DNA of 64,000 nt from positions 55,549-119,548 of the forward strand of contig CAVUXE010000010.1 in assembly GCA_963745235.1 (NCBI GenBank), in the 5' to 3' direction. The translations under genes and the position numbers were made by a program. Shown piece by piece: positions 9,669 through 20,821 of the stretch. The notes beneath the pieces were generated by a model. That model was not told the origin of the DNA. It worked only from the letters and a program-made list of their open reading frames with translations, and made no database searches. How positions within the stretch are numbered: the stretch's first letter is position 1; every line of letters starts with the position of its first letter. Source of the stretch: an uncultured Spirochaetota bacterium (GTDB lineage Bacteria > Spirochaetota > Spirochaetia > SZUA-6 > Fen-1364).

Positions 9669-10418
9669 GTGGAGCTGCCTGAGCTGGTGAGAAGACTTTT
9701 CCCGCCGGGCGCGGTCTGCACGTTCATCGGAGCAGGCGGCAAATCCACGGCTATGCGTGCCGTTGCCCGGATCCTCAGCGCCCGCGGGATTCGCGTCCGC
9801 ATGACGACGACAACACGGGTGGGAATTGCGGAGTTCATGGGATTCCCCGTTTCCCGGGCGGAAACCGCGGCGGAGGTCCTTCAGGCATGCGACAACCCCG
9901 AGCCGGTGCGGCTGATCGTTGCGGATGAGCTCTCAGCCCAGGGAAAGTATGCCGGGCTCGACCCGTCGCTGGTGGAAGGACTGAAAATCTGCTCGGACTC
10001 CGTCCTCCTCGTGGAGGGAGACGGGTCCCGCCGCAGGCCCCTGAAGGTACCGACCCAGAGGGAGCCCGTCATCCCGGCGAACAGCTCCATGGTCCTGGCG
10101 CTCATGGGCGCCTCGGGCTTCAATGAGCCCATTGATGAAGAGCACTGCTACAATCACGAGGCGACTTCCGGGATTCTGGCGCCAGGAGCCCGGCGATTCG
10201 ATGCGGCATGCGTGGCGGCTCTTGCATCCAGTCCGGCCGGCAGCCGCAAAGGGGTCATGCCGGGGATGGGATTCCACGTCCTTTTGAACCAGGCTGATCT
10301 TGCGGACAAGCGTGCAATCGGCAGCGACGCGCTGCAGATCCTCTTGACGACGCAGGGGATCCGGGGCAGCCTGCTTTCCCTGCGGCAGGAGGCGGTGTAC
10401 GAGACCACAGTCGCGTGA
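9669..10418 (+). CDS. yqeC: Selenium-cofactor biosynthesis protein YqeC
   Basis: IGAGGKST, MTTTTRV, VEGDGSRRRPLKVP.EPVIP. Confidence 0.88.
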   Translation: MELPELVRRLFPPGAVCTFIGAGGKSTAMRAVARILSARGIRVRMTTTTRVGIAEFMGFPVSRAETAAEVLQACDNPEPVRLIVADELSAQGKYAGLDPSLVEGLKICSDSVLLVEGDGSRRRPLKVPTQREPVIPANSSMVLALMGASGFNEPIDEEHCYNHEATSGILAPGARRFDAACVAALASSPAGSRKGVMPGMGFHVLLNQADLADKRAIGSDALQILLTTQGIRGSLLSLRQEAVYETTVA

Positions 10419-11229
10419 GCTCACCCCCCTGGCGCTCGTCAAAGGCGGCGGGGATCTTGCAACGGGAGTTGCCCTTTCCCTTCAGAGGGCAGGCTTCGCA
10501 GTCGTCCTGACCGAGCTTGCCCAGCCAACCGCGATACGCCTCTCGGTCTCTTTCGCGCAGGCGGTCTACCTGGGCAGCCATTCCGTGGAGGGCGTACGCG
10601 CGGAGCGGACAGACGGCGAGGGATGGCGCGCCGTGGTGGAGCGCGGCGAGGTGGCGGTGCTCGTCGACCCGGGCGCGGACATTCTCACGCGGATGTCTCC
10701 TGTCGTGGTGGTGGACGCCATCATGGCAAAGAGCAACACCGGGACCCGGCGGGCGGATGGCCGCGTCGTGATCGGCCTCGGGCCGGGATTCAGCGCCGGC
10801 GCGGATGTGGATGCCGTCATCGAGACCGAGAGAGGACACGAGCTGGGGCGCGTGATCCGCGAAGGCAGCGCCCGAGAGGACTCCGGGGTGCCCGGTGAAA
10901 TCGGAGGACGCGGCGCCGAACGCGTGCTTCGGGCGCCGGCCGACGGCGTGGTGAGGACACTGAAGCAGATCGGAGTCCTCGTCAGGAAGGGAGATCCCGT
11001 GGCGCGCGTGGGGGAGACGGCCGTCGTTGCCCCGTTCGACGGTTGCCTCCGCGGGCTGATCCATGATGGGCTTGCCGTTCGCCGCGGCATGAAGATCGGG
11101 GACGTCGACCCGCGGGGTGAAACGCGCTACGCGGCCACGGTGTCGGACAAGGCACGCGCCATCGGGCGAGCCGCGCTGGAAGCGGCACTCACCATCTGCC
11201 GGGAAAGGGGGCTCCTCCGTCTCCTATGA
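10415..11229 (+). CDS. yqeB: Selenium-dependent molybdenum hydroxylase system protein YqeB; N-terminal frameshifts
   Basis: VKGGGDLATGVA, VVDAIMAKSNTGT, IGLGPGF, IETERGHELG, MKIGDVDPRG, SDKARAIG. Confidence 0.9.
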
Positions 11230-11859
11230 AACCGTGACCACGTCCCCGGTTTCCAGGAACTTCTCCGTGATCTCATAGAGGTTCGAAACCCGTCCGACGC
11301 GCAGCGTGTCCAGCAGGTGGAAGTAGTCGAGGCACGTGCCGCAGACCAGGATTTCCACTCCGCGACCCTCGATTCCCCGCAGCAACTCTATGGCGTCCTC
11401 CTGCTCGGCGGCCAGGCGGACTCCGGAGTTCATGAGCACAAGCGTTCGGGGCGGCCTGTCCAGCTCTCCGATGGTATGCAGGAACCCCCGCACCAGGAGC
11501 CTTCCGAGAGCCTCGTCCCCCCGCCCGATCTGATCGGATGACAGGAAGACCGTTTTCCCGGCAAACTGCCGTGGAGCGGTTTGCGGCTCATCCTCACAGG
11601 CGGGGGCAGGCTCGCGGCCCCGGGCCTTCTCCCGCATTGCGGGAGTCACGGGCGCCGAGATTGCGTGAACCCGGCCACGGCTTGCGACCACCGGCTCCGC
11701 GGCACCTGTGAACCGAAGGAAGCGCAGGACGTTCTCCCGCGCCGCCTCGTTGTCGACGACTATCTCTATCTCATCCAGGCCGGCCTCCGCCATCGCCTTC
11801 CTGCACAGGATCACCGGCTGGGGACACGCCAGCCCCTTCGCGTCGATCGATTTCCTCAT
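11224..11859 (-). CDS. yedF: Selenium metabolism protein YedF (TusA domain plus DsrE-like domain)
   Basis: IDAKGLACPQPVI, VDNEAARENV, GRGDEALG, CGTCLDYF, VGRVSNLYEI. Confidence 0.88.
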   Translation of the reverse strand: MRKSIDAKGLACPQPVILCRKAMAEAGLDEIEIVVDNEAARENVLRFLRFTGAAEPVVASRGRVHAISAPVTPAMREKARGREPAPACEDEPQTAPRQFAGKTVFLSSDQIGRGDEALGRLLVRGFLHTIGELDRPPRTLVLMNSGVRLAAEQEDAIELLRGIEGRGVEILVCGTCLDYFHLLDTLRVGRVSNLYEITEKFLETGDVVTVS

Positions 11860-12097
11860 ATCTCCTGCGTCCCTCCTGCGTGAAGACCCGGTACAGCACG
11901 GCCGGGAAGGCGAGCCGTCTCCACCACCACGGCACATCCTTTTCCTGCGAAGCGCGCACGAAGAGCGAGAACCCGCAGCCGGTCCGCACGACGGTCGGAG
12001 TCGGCACGAGGTCCGCCCTTACTCCCAGCTGCTTCAGCGTCTGCTCCGCGCTCAAAGTCTGGTGAATCCCCTGGAAAACGACAAGCAGGTCAGGCAA
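11771..12097 (-). CDS. DUF3343-family small protein (putative Se/S carrier)
   Basis: VVFQGIHQTLSAEQ...LVPTP..RTGCGFSL; lies between selD and yedF. Confidence 0.75.
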   Translation of the reverse strand: MPDLLVVFQGIHQTLSAEQTLKQLGVRADLVPTPTVVRTGCGFSLFVRASQEKDVPWWWRRLAFPAVLYRVFTQEGRRRYEEIDRREGAGVSPAGDPVQEGDGGGRPG

Positions 12098-13115
12098 GCT
12101 CCACCATCCCCGTGCCGGGCACGGTCTCCCCGACGATGGCGGCGGGGAGGCCGGCCGCCTGAAGCTCATCCAGCGCGGCCCCTCCCTCGCGAGCGTCCAC
12201 GGCTGCCAGGAGGCCGCCCGAGGTCTGCGGATCGAAGAGCACGTTCAGAAGGTCCTCATCGCATCGCGATGCGTTTGCGATGAAAGACAATCGGAAGCTC
12301 CTGTTTCGATAGGTCCCTTCCGGGACGAGGCCCATGGCCGCGTATTCTTTCACGGACGGCAGCAGGGGCACCTCCAGCGCGAACAGCCGCACGTTGCACC
12401 CCGAGTCGGCCGCCATCTCGCAGGCATGCCCGAGCAGCCCGAACCCCGTCACGTCCGTGCAGGCTCGCACGGCGTGGCCGCCGAGTATCTCCGAGGCCCG
12501 GCGGTTCAGGGCGCGCATGGATTCGATTGCCGCGGAGAGGGCTTCGGGGGATGCAAGCCCGGCCTTCTCCGCCGTGGTGACAAGCCCGGTCCCGACAGCC
12601 TTTGTCAGGATGATGCGCTCGCCGCCGCGGACGGAGTTGTTGAGCCACACCCGGCCCGGGCTGACGACGCCGGTGACCGCGTAGCCAAGCTTCAGCTCCC
12701 TGTCATCCACGCTGTGCCCGCCCACCAGGGGGCAATCCGCCTCCTCCAGCGCGGTCAGGCCGCCTTCCATCATCTTTTGCAAGACAGAGACATCCAGGGT
12801 GTCCGCGGGAAAACCAACAATGCAGACGGCGGTCGAAGGCCGCCCGCCCATCGCATACACGTCTGAAAGGGCGTTGGCCGCGGCGATCCTGCCGAAGACA
12901 AACGGGTCGTCGACCACCGGCGGGAAGAAATCCACGGTGTGGATGAGCGCCTGGGTCTCGTTGAGCTTGAGCACCCCGGCATCTTCGCTGTGGCGGAAAT
13001 CCGCAATCAGGTCGGGATAGGCGCGCTGCGACAACCCGCACAGCGCCTTGTCCAGGAGCCCCGGCCCGAGCTTTGCGCCGCAGCCGGCGAACCGGGAGAA
13101 CGAGGTCAGCTTCAT
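12090..13115 (-). CDS. selD: Selenide, water dikinase (Cys-type)
   Basis: AGCGAKL (TGC codon), EDAGV, TVDFFPPVVDDP, ANALSDVYAMGG, TDVTGFGLLGH, DPQTSGGLL. Confidence 0.96.
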   Translation of the reverse strand: MKLTSFSRFAGCGAKLGPGLLDKALCGLSQRAYPDLIADFRHSEDAGVLKLNETQALIHTVDFFPPVVDDPFVFGRIAAANALSDVYAMGGRPSTAVCIVGFPADTLDVSVLQKMMEGGLTALEEADCPLVGGHSVDDRELKLGYAVTGVVSPGRVWLNNSVRGGERIILTKAVGTGLVTTAEKAGLASPEALSAAIESMRALNRRASEILGGHAVRACTDVTGFGLLGHACEMAADSGCNVRLFALEVPLLPSVKEYAAMGLVPEGTYRNRSFRLSFIANASRCDEDLLNVLFDPQTSGGLLAAVDAREGGAALDELQAAGLPAAIVGETVPGTGMVELA

Positions 13116-14276
13116 GCCTCAGCTCCAATCTGGCGCAGGGCCTCCAGGGTCTGATCGACCTCTCCCTGCGTGGTGAACGGCCCGGGAGAGACGCGGACGG
13201 TCCCTCCGGAGGAAAGGGTCCCGATTGTTCGATGAGCAGCCGGGGAGCAGTGCAGTCCATGACGGCAGGAGATGCCCCTTTCATCGAGCTCGCGGGCAAG
13301 CTCATCCACGGCCATTCGCTCGTGGGCTATCGAAAGAATGGACACTCTTCGCTCCGGGTTCCGTGGACCGAAGACCCGAAAGCCCGGGCAGGTCCGCAAT
13401 TCCTTCCCGCAGGGATTCGGCCGCATTCCTGCGCCGGGCCGCCAGGACCGCCGTGCCGGTCTCGCTGATGCAGCGAGCGGCGGCCAGGAGGCCCGCAATG
13501 GCCGGGAGGTTCTGCGTGCCGCTCTCGTAGCGATCCGGGAGAAAGGCGGGCTGCTCTTCGGACTGCGAGTCGCTTCCCGTCCCGCCGTACACGAGCGGCG
13601 CCGGCGCCGCGCGCGGGCCAAGGAAGAGGAGGCCCAGCCCTGCCGGGCTGAGCAGCCCCTTGTGCGGGGAAACGCAGAAGAAGTCGAACGGGAACGAGCC
13701 CAGGTCAATGGGGACTTCCCCTTGGGCCGCATCGATCCCGATCTGCGTGTCCGGTGAAATGCCGGCCGCGCTCTGTGCCATCTCTGCAAAGGGGAAAGCG
13801 GTGCCGGTCACGTTGCTGGCCGATGTGAAGAAAAGGAGGGAAGGCTTCTCCCCCATGATGCGTCGGAACGCGTTCAGGTCGGGCCAACCCTCGGGATCAC
13901 TCGGGAACACGCGAACCGTGAGGCGGAGCTCCTTTTCCAGGACGCGGAGCGGCCGCATGACCGCGTTGTGCTCCATGCCGGACACGGCCACCAGCGCTCC
14001 CGGGCGGAGTGTCCCGCGAAGAACCATATTTATGGAAGAAGTCGTTCCCGGGGTGAAGATCAGCCGCGCGGGCTCGGGGAACTGGAAGAGCGCGGCGGCG
14101 GCTGTCCGCGCCTCGAAAACCAGTCTCTCCGCTGAAACGGCCGCGGGGTGCGTGCCTCGACCCGGACTTCCAAAGGGCTCAGACAGGGAGCGGGCAACCG
14201 CCTCCGCCACCCCCGGCGCCTTTGGCCAGCTGGTCGCTGCATTGTCCATGTAAATAAGGGGAGCGCCTCCCGCCAT
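13112..14276 (-). CDS. Class V PLP cysteine desulfurase / selenocysteine lyase-like protein; frameshift near 13420
   Basis: YMDNAATSWPK, MEHNAVMRPL, SNVTG, DAAQ, HKGL, YESGTQN, GLHCSPAAH, VRVSPG. Confidence 0.9.
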
Positions 14277-14333
14277 GAGAGGAATAATACCAGATCGCCG
14301 TGGGAGCGTCCCCGTCAGAGTGTGTCCTTTTGC

Positions 14334-14363
14334 TTGACCCTCCCTCTCTCCTGTCAGTATCAT
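14334..14363 (+). promoter_or_regulatory. sigma70 promoter of leuS, probably leaderless
   Basis: TTGACC-N18-TATCAT, 7 nt before ATG 14371; no SD. Confidence 0.65.
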
Positions 14364-14370
14364 CCCGTGC

Positions 14371-16792
14371 ATGACTGGCTATCCGTTCAGCGACATCGAG
14401 AAGAAGTGGCAGGCATACTGGGAGAAAGACAAGACCTTCCGAGCGGCGGAAGACCCGAAGGTGCCGCAGGAGAAGAGGAAGTACGTCCTGGACATGTTCC
14501 CCTACCCTTCGGCTGCCGGGCCTTCACGTGGGGCACCCCGAGGGGTACATCGCCACCGACATCTACTGCCGCTACCTGCGCATGAAGGGATTCAACGTGC
14601 TGCATCCGATGGGCTTCGATTCCTTCGGCCTTCCCGCGGAGAACTATGCCCTCAAGACGGGGACCCACCCCCGGGTCTCCACGGAGCAGAACATCGCGCG
14701 CTTCACGTCCCAGATCAAGTCTCTGGGCTTTTCGTACGACTGGGACCGGCTGATCTCCACCTCCGAGCCGCACTACTACCGCTGGACGCAGTGGATATTC
14801 CTGAAGATGTGGGAAAAGGGCCTGGCATACGAAGCGGAGGTTCCCATCAACTGGTGCCCATCCTGCATGACAGGACTTGCCAACGAGGAAGTCAAGGACG
14901 GGCTGTGCGACCGCTGCGGAACTCCCGTCACCCGGCGCAATCTCCGCCAGTGGATCATGAAGATCACCGCGTACGCGGAAAGGCTCCTGGCGGACCTCGA
15001 CAAGCTCCAGTGGTCTGAGTCTTTGAAGCTCATGCAGAAGAACTGGATCGGCCGGAGCGAAGGCGCGAACGTCCGTTTTGCCCTGGCGAAGGGCGGGGGG
15101 GACATAGAAGTCTACACGACCCGGCCCGACACGCTGTATGGAGCCACCTACATGGTGCTCGCCCCCGAGCATCCCCTGGTGGCCCGGATCACAACGCGCG
15201 CGCAGAAGGGCGCCGTGGAGGAGTACATCGCGGCCGCCGCAATGAAGAGCGACCTGGAGCGCACGGAGCTTGCCAAAGACAAGACAGGCGTCTTCACCGG
15301 CGCTTTCGCAGTGAACCCGGTGAATGGACAAGAGATCCCGGTATGGATCTCTGACTACATCCTGATCTCCTACGGCACCGGGGCAATCATGGCCGTTCCC
15401 GGGCATGATGAGCGGGACTTCGAGTTCGCGAAGAAGTTCGACCTTCCCGTCATCCAGGTCGTCTCGAAAGACGGGTCCAGGTATGAGCTGACGCGCGCCG
15501 AGCCCATGGACGGGGTTGCCGTCAATTCCGGGGAGTTCAACGGGCTTCCCACCGCGGAGTTCAAGAAGCGCATCGTGGAGTGGCTGCAGAAGAAAGGAAT
15601 CGGCAGCAGCGCCGTCAACTACAAGCTGCGGGACTGGATATTCTCCCGCCAGCGGTACTGGGGAGAGCCCATCCCCCTGGTCCACTGTCCGCGGGACGGC
15701 ACCGTGGCGGTCCCCTACGACCAGTTGCCGCTGAAGCTTCCCGAGGTGGCAAGCTACAAGCCGACCGGCACCGGTGAAAGCCCGCTTGCAGCCATTCCCG
15801 AGTGGGTGAACACGACCTGCCCGAAATGCGGAGGGCCCGCAAAGAGGGAAACCAACACGATGCCCCAGTGGGCGGGGTCCTGCTGGTACTACATGCGCTA
15901 CCTGGACCCGCATAACGACACGGTCTTCGCCTCGCGGGAGAAGATCGACTACTGGATGCCCGTTGACCTGTACGTGGGAGGCGCGGAGCATGCGGTGCTG
16001 CACCTCCTGTACTCGCGGTTCTGGCACAAGTTCCTCTTCGACATCGGCGCAGTCAATACGGATGAGCCGTTCATGCGCCTGATCAACCAGGGCATGATCC
16101 TCGGCGAAGGCGGGGTGAAGATGTCCAAGAGCCTCGGGAACGTCATCAACCCGGACGACATCATCACCGCCTTCGGCGCGGACACCATGCGCATGTACGA
16201 GATGTTCATGGGGCCCCTGGAGGTGTCCAAGCCATGGTCCACGCGCGGGATCGCCGGGGTGAAACGCTTCCTGGAAAAGATCTGGCGCACGGCGGAGCTT
16301 CCCCTGAGGGATGACGAGCCGTCTGAGCCGCAGCTGCGCCTCCTGATGAAGACCATCAAGAAGGTGAGCCAGGATACGGACAGGCTGGAGTTCAACACGG
16401 CAATTGCCCAGATGATGATATTCATGAACGAGGTCTCCGGTCTGGAAACGATGCCTCGCAAGCTCTGGCGGCCTTTCCTCCTCTTGCTGGCGCCCTACGC
16501 ACCGCACCTGGCGGAGGAGCTGTGGGAAAAAGCCGGTGGCGCACCTTCAGTGAGCCGCCACGCGTGGCCCGAGTGGGTGGAGGCGCTCACTGTCGAAGAG
16601 CTCGTGGAAGTGGTGTTCCAGATCAACGGAAAGATCCGGGCAAAAGAGAGCCTCCCCGCCGGTCTCGGAGATGCGGAGACTCGGGAGAAGGCGCTTGGCA
16701 ACGCCCGGATGAAGGAGCTCCTGGACGGGAAAGAGATCCGCAAGGTCATCGTGGTGCCCGGCAAGCTGGTGAACGTCGTTGCCTCAGTCTGA
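14371..16792 (+). CDS. leuS: Leucine--tRNA ligase; one extra G near 14520
   Basis: [49 protein letters not shown]. Confidence 0.97.
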
Positions 16793-17924
16793 TGAGCGCA
16801 GGCGGGCGCTGAAAGAGAGACAGGAGCGGCTTTCCGCCTGGCTCGCGGAGTCCGGGATCTTCGCGTGCGTCATAGACGACTTCGAGGGGCTGCGCGCAAG
16901 CTCGCTGCGCTGGTTGTCCGGCCATCCCATGGACGCAATTCTGTTCGTCTTTGCCAGCGGCAAGACAGTGCTGGTTCCCTGGGACCTGAACCTTGCGCGG
17001 GAGATGAGCGTCGTGGACCAGATCATCCCGTACACGGATTTCAAGCGCTCTTTCCGGGAAGCGATAGTCGCAGTCCTGGCGCAGGGGGGCGGGGCAAAGA
17101 TCGAGTTCTCGAGCCACACCACGTTCCTGCGCCACCGCCAGCTGCTGGAAGACCTGCCGCAGGCGGAGGTGTTGGTGCGGTCGGACGGCTGTGACGCGCG
17201 CCTGGGTTCCCTGCGCGCGGTCAAGGATGCGGAGGAAATGAAGGCAATCGAGCGGGCGGCCCGAATCACCGACGAGATTGCCGGCCTGGCGGTGGACCTT
17301 CTCCGCGGATCTCATTCGGGCGGCGGTCCGACAGAGATCGACATGGCGCTGCTCCTGGAGAAAGAGGCCGTCTCGCGGGGAGCCGAAGGAATGGGATTCG
17401 AGACGCTTGCGGCCGGGCCGAAGAGGAGCTGGGGAATCCACCCCTTCCCTGCCTCGACAAGCGGGGCTTTCGGAGGAACGGGGCTTTCGATCCTCGATTT
17501 CGGTGTCAGGGTGGACGGCTACACGAGCGATGTCACGATCACCATAGCCCGGGGGAAGCTGTCCGAAGAGCAGGAGACCATGATACGCCTCGTGGAGCAG
17601 GCGTACGCCGTGGCACTGGAGGCAGCCCAGCCGGGCGGCTCGCCGCGGGAGCCCGCGCGAAAGGCTGACGAGGTGTTTTCAGCCGCGGGGTGGAGGATGC
17701 CCCATGCCCTCGGTCACGGGATCGGGCTCGATGCGCATGAGAAGCCCCTTCTCCACGTCCAGGGCAGCGGATCGGATGCGGGGCTGGCTCCGGGTACGGT
17801 CTTTACCATCGAGCCCGGGCTCTATCACCCCGAGCACGGCGGTGTGCGCTGGGAAAACGACGTCCTCATGACGGAGACAGGACCGAAGGTCCTGACGAGC
17901 TCGAAGATCATCCGCCTCAGCTGA
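16779..17924 (+). CDS. M24 Xaa-Pro aminopeptidase/dipeptidase
   Basis: [37 protein letters not shown]. Confidence 0.9.
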   Translation: MPQSDERRRALKERQERLSAWLAESGIFACVIDDFEGLRASSLRWLSGHPMDAILFVFASGKTVLVPWDLNLAREMSVVDQIIPYTDFKRSFREAIVAVLAQGGGAKIEFSSHTTFLRHRQLLEDLPQAEVLVRSDGCDARLGSLRAVKDAEEMKAIERAARITDEIAGLAVDLLRGSHSGGGPTEIDMALLLEKEAVSRGAEGMGFETLAAGPKRSWGIHPFPASTSGAFGGTGLSILDFGVRVDGYTSDVTITIARGKLSEEQETMIRLVEQAYAVALEAAQPGGSPREPARKADEVFSAAGWRMPHALGHGIGLDAHEKPLLHVQGSGSDAGLAPGTVFTIEPGLYHPEHGGVRWENDVLMTETGPKVLTSSKIIRLS

Positions 17925-17927
17925 ACG

Positions 17928-18698
17928 CTAGGGGCGTCGTCTGCGGGCAGGCCCCTGGGCAGGCCGCAGGGCCGGCCGCCGAATGGGCCGCTCCCCTCGG
18001 TCCCCCGCATCCCGAAGCATGAGGAGCATCCGCCGGTGAGCCAGGTCGCGAAGGGCGGCAGCGTCGTGGCGCGCAGGGATCGGCTCTCCCGCCACAACGC
18101 GCACTGTTCCCGGCCTGACCGTCCACCTGCTGATCCGCATCACGGAAAACGCGCCGGCCATGACAACGGGAACGATCTCCGCACCGCTGCGCTCCGCAAT
18201 CCGAAACGCGCCCCGGCCAAAGCCGCCGAGTGTGCCCGTTCGCGTGCGGTGGCCTTCCGGCAGGACCAGGACGGAGATGCCGGCATGCAGGGCCTTGTCT
18301 GCCTTGCGCAGACCGGCCGCGGTCCGCGCGCCGCTGCCGGGGCTGACGGAAATGTTGCCAAACGTGCGGATGAACCAGCCGTAGACTGGCCAGGAGAAGT
18401 GCCTCTCCAGCTCCACCGCCCGAAAAAGCCACGGAAGGTAGCCGTACAGCACGAAGCCGTCCAGGATGTTCACGTGGTTCGCAATGAACAGGTAGCTTTT
18501 CTTTCTGTCCAACCGCTCCAGGCCGGACACCTCTACGCGGATGGGGAAGCAGCGGACAAGGATCCTGCACAGCAGCTTCAGAACACCATCGTAGCTTCGC
18601 GGGGAGGCGGCACCGGCGAGGACCAGGAGGACGAGCGCCATGAATGAGAACACGGCCACGGCAGCAATCCAGGACAGGACGCTGACGGCAAGGATCAC
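17928..18698 (-). CDS. plsC: 1-acyl-sn-glycerol-3-phosphate acyltransferase family protein
   Basis: NHVNILD (HX4D), PEGHRT, IVPV. Confidence 0.85.
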   Translation of the reverse strand: MILAVSVLSWIAAVAVFSFMALVLLVLAGAASPRSYDGVLKLLCRILVRCFPIRVEVSGLERLDRKKSYLFIANHVNILDGFVLYGYLPWLFRAVELERHFSWPVYGWFIRTFGNISVSPGSGARTAAGLRKADKALHAGISVLVLPEGHRTRTGTLGGFGRGAFRIAERSGAEIVPVVMAGAFSVMRISRWTVRPGTVRVVAGEPIPARHDAAALRDLAHRRMLLMLRDAGDRGERPIRRPALRPAQGPARRRRP

Positions 18699-19576
18699 AG
18701 GGTGAACATCTCCAGCGCGCGGGGCAGCACCTCCACGGTGAGCGGCGTGGTGCCCAGGATCTCACCGTCAGGGGTCACGCGCTGCGGCGGATCGAACTCG
18801 AGCTCCAGGCGTGAGCACGTGAATGTCTCCAGGTGGGGATCCTTCAGGTGCTCACCGGTGAAAATGAGGGGGAAGAGCCGCAGCAGGGTGCGGCGGTTCA
18901 TGGCCCTGGCAATGACGACATCGAAAACGCCGTCGTCGAGGATAGCCTGGGGAGCCATGATCATGTCCCCGCCCGTCTTGCGGGAGTTGCACACCTCGAC
19001 GAAGATTGCCTCCCGTTCGAGCTCCCTCCCGTCAACCCTCATGCGGCACGGCCGCGAGCGCAGGAGCGCGAGCTCCAGGAAGACGCCGATGGTGTAGCTG
19101 ACATCTCCGAAGAGCTTGAACGAAGAGGCGCGGGCGGCAACGTCCGCCACGAACCCGGCCCCCACGAGGTTCGCGAAATAGAACTCCCCGGCACTGGACC
19201 TCATCCTGCCGATGTCCACCGCGCGGGTGGTCCCTTTCAGGAGAGCCGCCAGACCGTCCTCCGTCGACTGGATCCCCAGGTCCTTGATGAACGAGTTGCC
19301 GGTGCCGATGGGCACCTGCGCAACGGGAATCATCTTCCCGCCTCTCTGCATGCCGTTCAGGGCCTCGAAGAGAGTGCCATCCCCTCCCACCAGGACAAGC
19401 CCGGAGACCCCGTCTTGGACCGCCTGGGAAGCGATCTGCACGGCCTGTCCAGGCCAACCGGACACCGCTGTGCGGTGCTGGACTCCGCGCATCGCAAGCG
19501 CGTCTTCTACCCGCTTCAGGACGTGCGCGCCGCGCCCTCGACCCGCGTGCGGGTTGGCAATTACCATGAGGCTCAT
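18695..19576 (-). CDS. Diacylglycerol/sphingosine kinase family lipid kinase (YegS/DgkB-like)
   Basis: NPHAG, GGDGT.E.LNG, PIGTGNSF, DGE. Confidence 0.88.
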   Translation of the reverse strand: MSLMVIANPHAGRGRGAHVLKRVEDALAMRGVQHRTAVSGWPGQAVQIASQAVQDGVSGLVLVGGDGTLFEALNGMQRGGKMIPVAQVPIGTGNSFIKDLGIQSTEDGLAALLKGTTRAVDIGRMRSSAGEFYFANLVGAGFVADVAARASSFKLFGDVSYTIGVFLELALLRSRPCRMRVDGRELEREAIFVEVCNSRKTGGDMIMAPQAILDDGVFDVVIARAMNRRTLLRLFPLIFTGEHLKDPHLETFTCSRLELEFDPPQRVTPDGEILGTTPLTVEVLPRALEMFTL

Positions 19577-19630
19577 CTATGCGCCCTCGGACGAACATAC
19601 CACCAACTCCGCCGGCGAGCCAGCACGCGT

Positions 19631-20821
19631 TCAGGAGCTCTTCGGCCCCCTCCCCATGTCGACCTCCGGGTACAGACGCGCGATGCACTGATCGCACAGG
19701 CCGTGGCTGAAGCGGAGGCCGGTGTGCGCTTCCACGTAGTCGTCGAGGTCCTGCCAGGCGCCGGCTTCGTCACGCACTTTCTTGCAGCTGGCGCACATGG
19801 GAAGCAGCGCGGACACCGAGTCGCGTACTGTCAGGAGGTGGCCGGCCCCAAGGCCTTTCCCCAGCGAGGTGATCACGCAATCAAGGGCGCCGGAAGGAAG
19901 ATTCAGCTGCGTCCTGGCAACCGCGGCGCCGACTCTCTCTCCCGGAATGATGTCATACAGCGTCCTGAGCACCTCTCCGACGGGACGGCCAATGGCGGTC
20001 GCATCGATACGCAGCATGGCCTGTGCCGCGGCGTTGAGATCGACGATCCGGTTCACGGAATCCAGCACAATGAGCCCTTCGGACATGCTTTCCACGAGGT
20101 CCGCGCGGGCGACCGGCACGATGTCGAAGAGCCGGAACTTCGCCATGCCCACGAGCAGGAGACCCCCCGCGACTGCAAAGCCGATCGAGGGGAAGTCCAG
20201 GCCCGGGAAGGGGTTCGCGGGTGACAGGTAGACAGCCGTCCCGATCCACGGAAGGGCTGCGCCGGCGAGGAAGACGAGGGTCTGGCGCAGGAAGAAAGGC
20301 TTGCACCCGAGGGCGGATTGCACGAGGACAGCCGTCCCGGCGCACGTGGCTGCCGCCGCGTAGAACACCCACACCCAGTACCACGGACCGTGGCCGTAGA
20401 GGAGAAGGTTGCCCGAACCCTGCTGTGCAGACGTGAAGGCCGTCCATATGAGGTGGTGCCACTCGTTCGTGAGGGCAAGGACGAGAGTCACCACGGGCAG
20501 CAGCCAGACAAGGACGGTCAGGAGAGGCGTGAGGATGTGGCGCTTTCCTCCATACGAGAATGCAAATGACATGAACAGCGGCGCCACGGAGCAGATTCCC
20601 AGGTACCCGATCTTGGAAAAGAGGACCTTGGCCGGCACTCCCACGGCGGCCGCCTCCAGGCCAGCTGCAAGGCACCAGGTGACGATGCTGATCATCATGG
20701 CCGCAAAGAAGCCCCCGCCCGGCGATCTGGATCGAAGGCGCCAGGCCTCGGCGGCCGTGACCGAGGAGACCAGCGACGCGGTCAAGAGAGCCGCCGCCGC
20801 CGTTGTCCAGACGAAGGTCAT
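19631..20821 (-). CDS. HisKA_7TM membrane sensor plus PAS plus C-terminal CxxC...HGxCxxC domain; no kinase or cyclase output
   Basis: Seven hydrophobic segments with TNEWHHLIW; PAS (ESMSEGLIVLD..RIVDLN); LPMCASCKKVRD...FSHGLCDQC. Confidence 0.8.
   Translation of the reverse strand: MTFVWTTAAAALLTASLVSSVTAAEAWRLRSRSPGGGFFAAMMISIVTWCLAAGLEAAAVGVPAKVLFSKIGYLGICSVAPLFMSFAFSYGGKRHILTPLLTVLVWLLPVVTLVLALTNEWHHLIWTAFTSAQQGSGNLLLYGHGPWYWVWVFYAAAATCAGTAVLVQSALGCKPFFLRQTLVFLAGAALPWIGTAVYLSPANPFPGLDFPSIGFAVAGGLLLVGMAKFRLFDIVPVARADLVESMSEGLIVLDSVNRIVDLNAAAQAMLRIDATAIGRPVGEVLRTLYDIIPGERVGAAVARTQLNLPSGALDCVITSLGKGLGAGHLLTVRDSVSALLPMCASCKKVRDEAGAWQDLDDYVEAHTGLRFSHGLCDQCIARLYPEVDMGRGPKSS

Noticed and set aside
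13078-13086. SelD as a selenoprotein
   Set aside because: The active-site codon is TGC (Cys).
14277-14370. T-box leader before leuS
   Set aside because: The gap is under 100 nt and filled by two divergent promoters.
14387-16507. Long antisense ORFs (also 39271..40659, 29445..31097, 18833..20224, 25389..26642)
   Set aside because: Shadow frames of well-supported genes, expected in high-GC DNA; no motifs.
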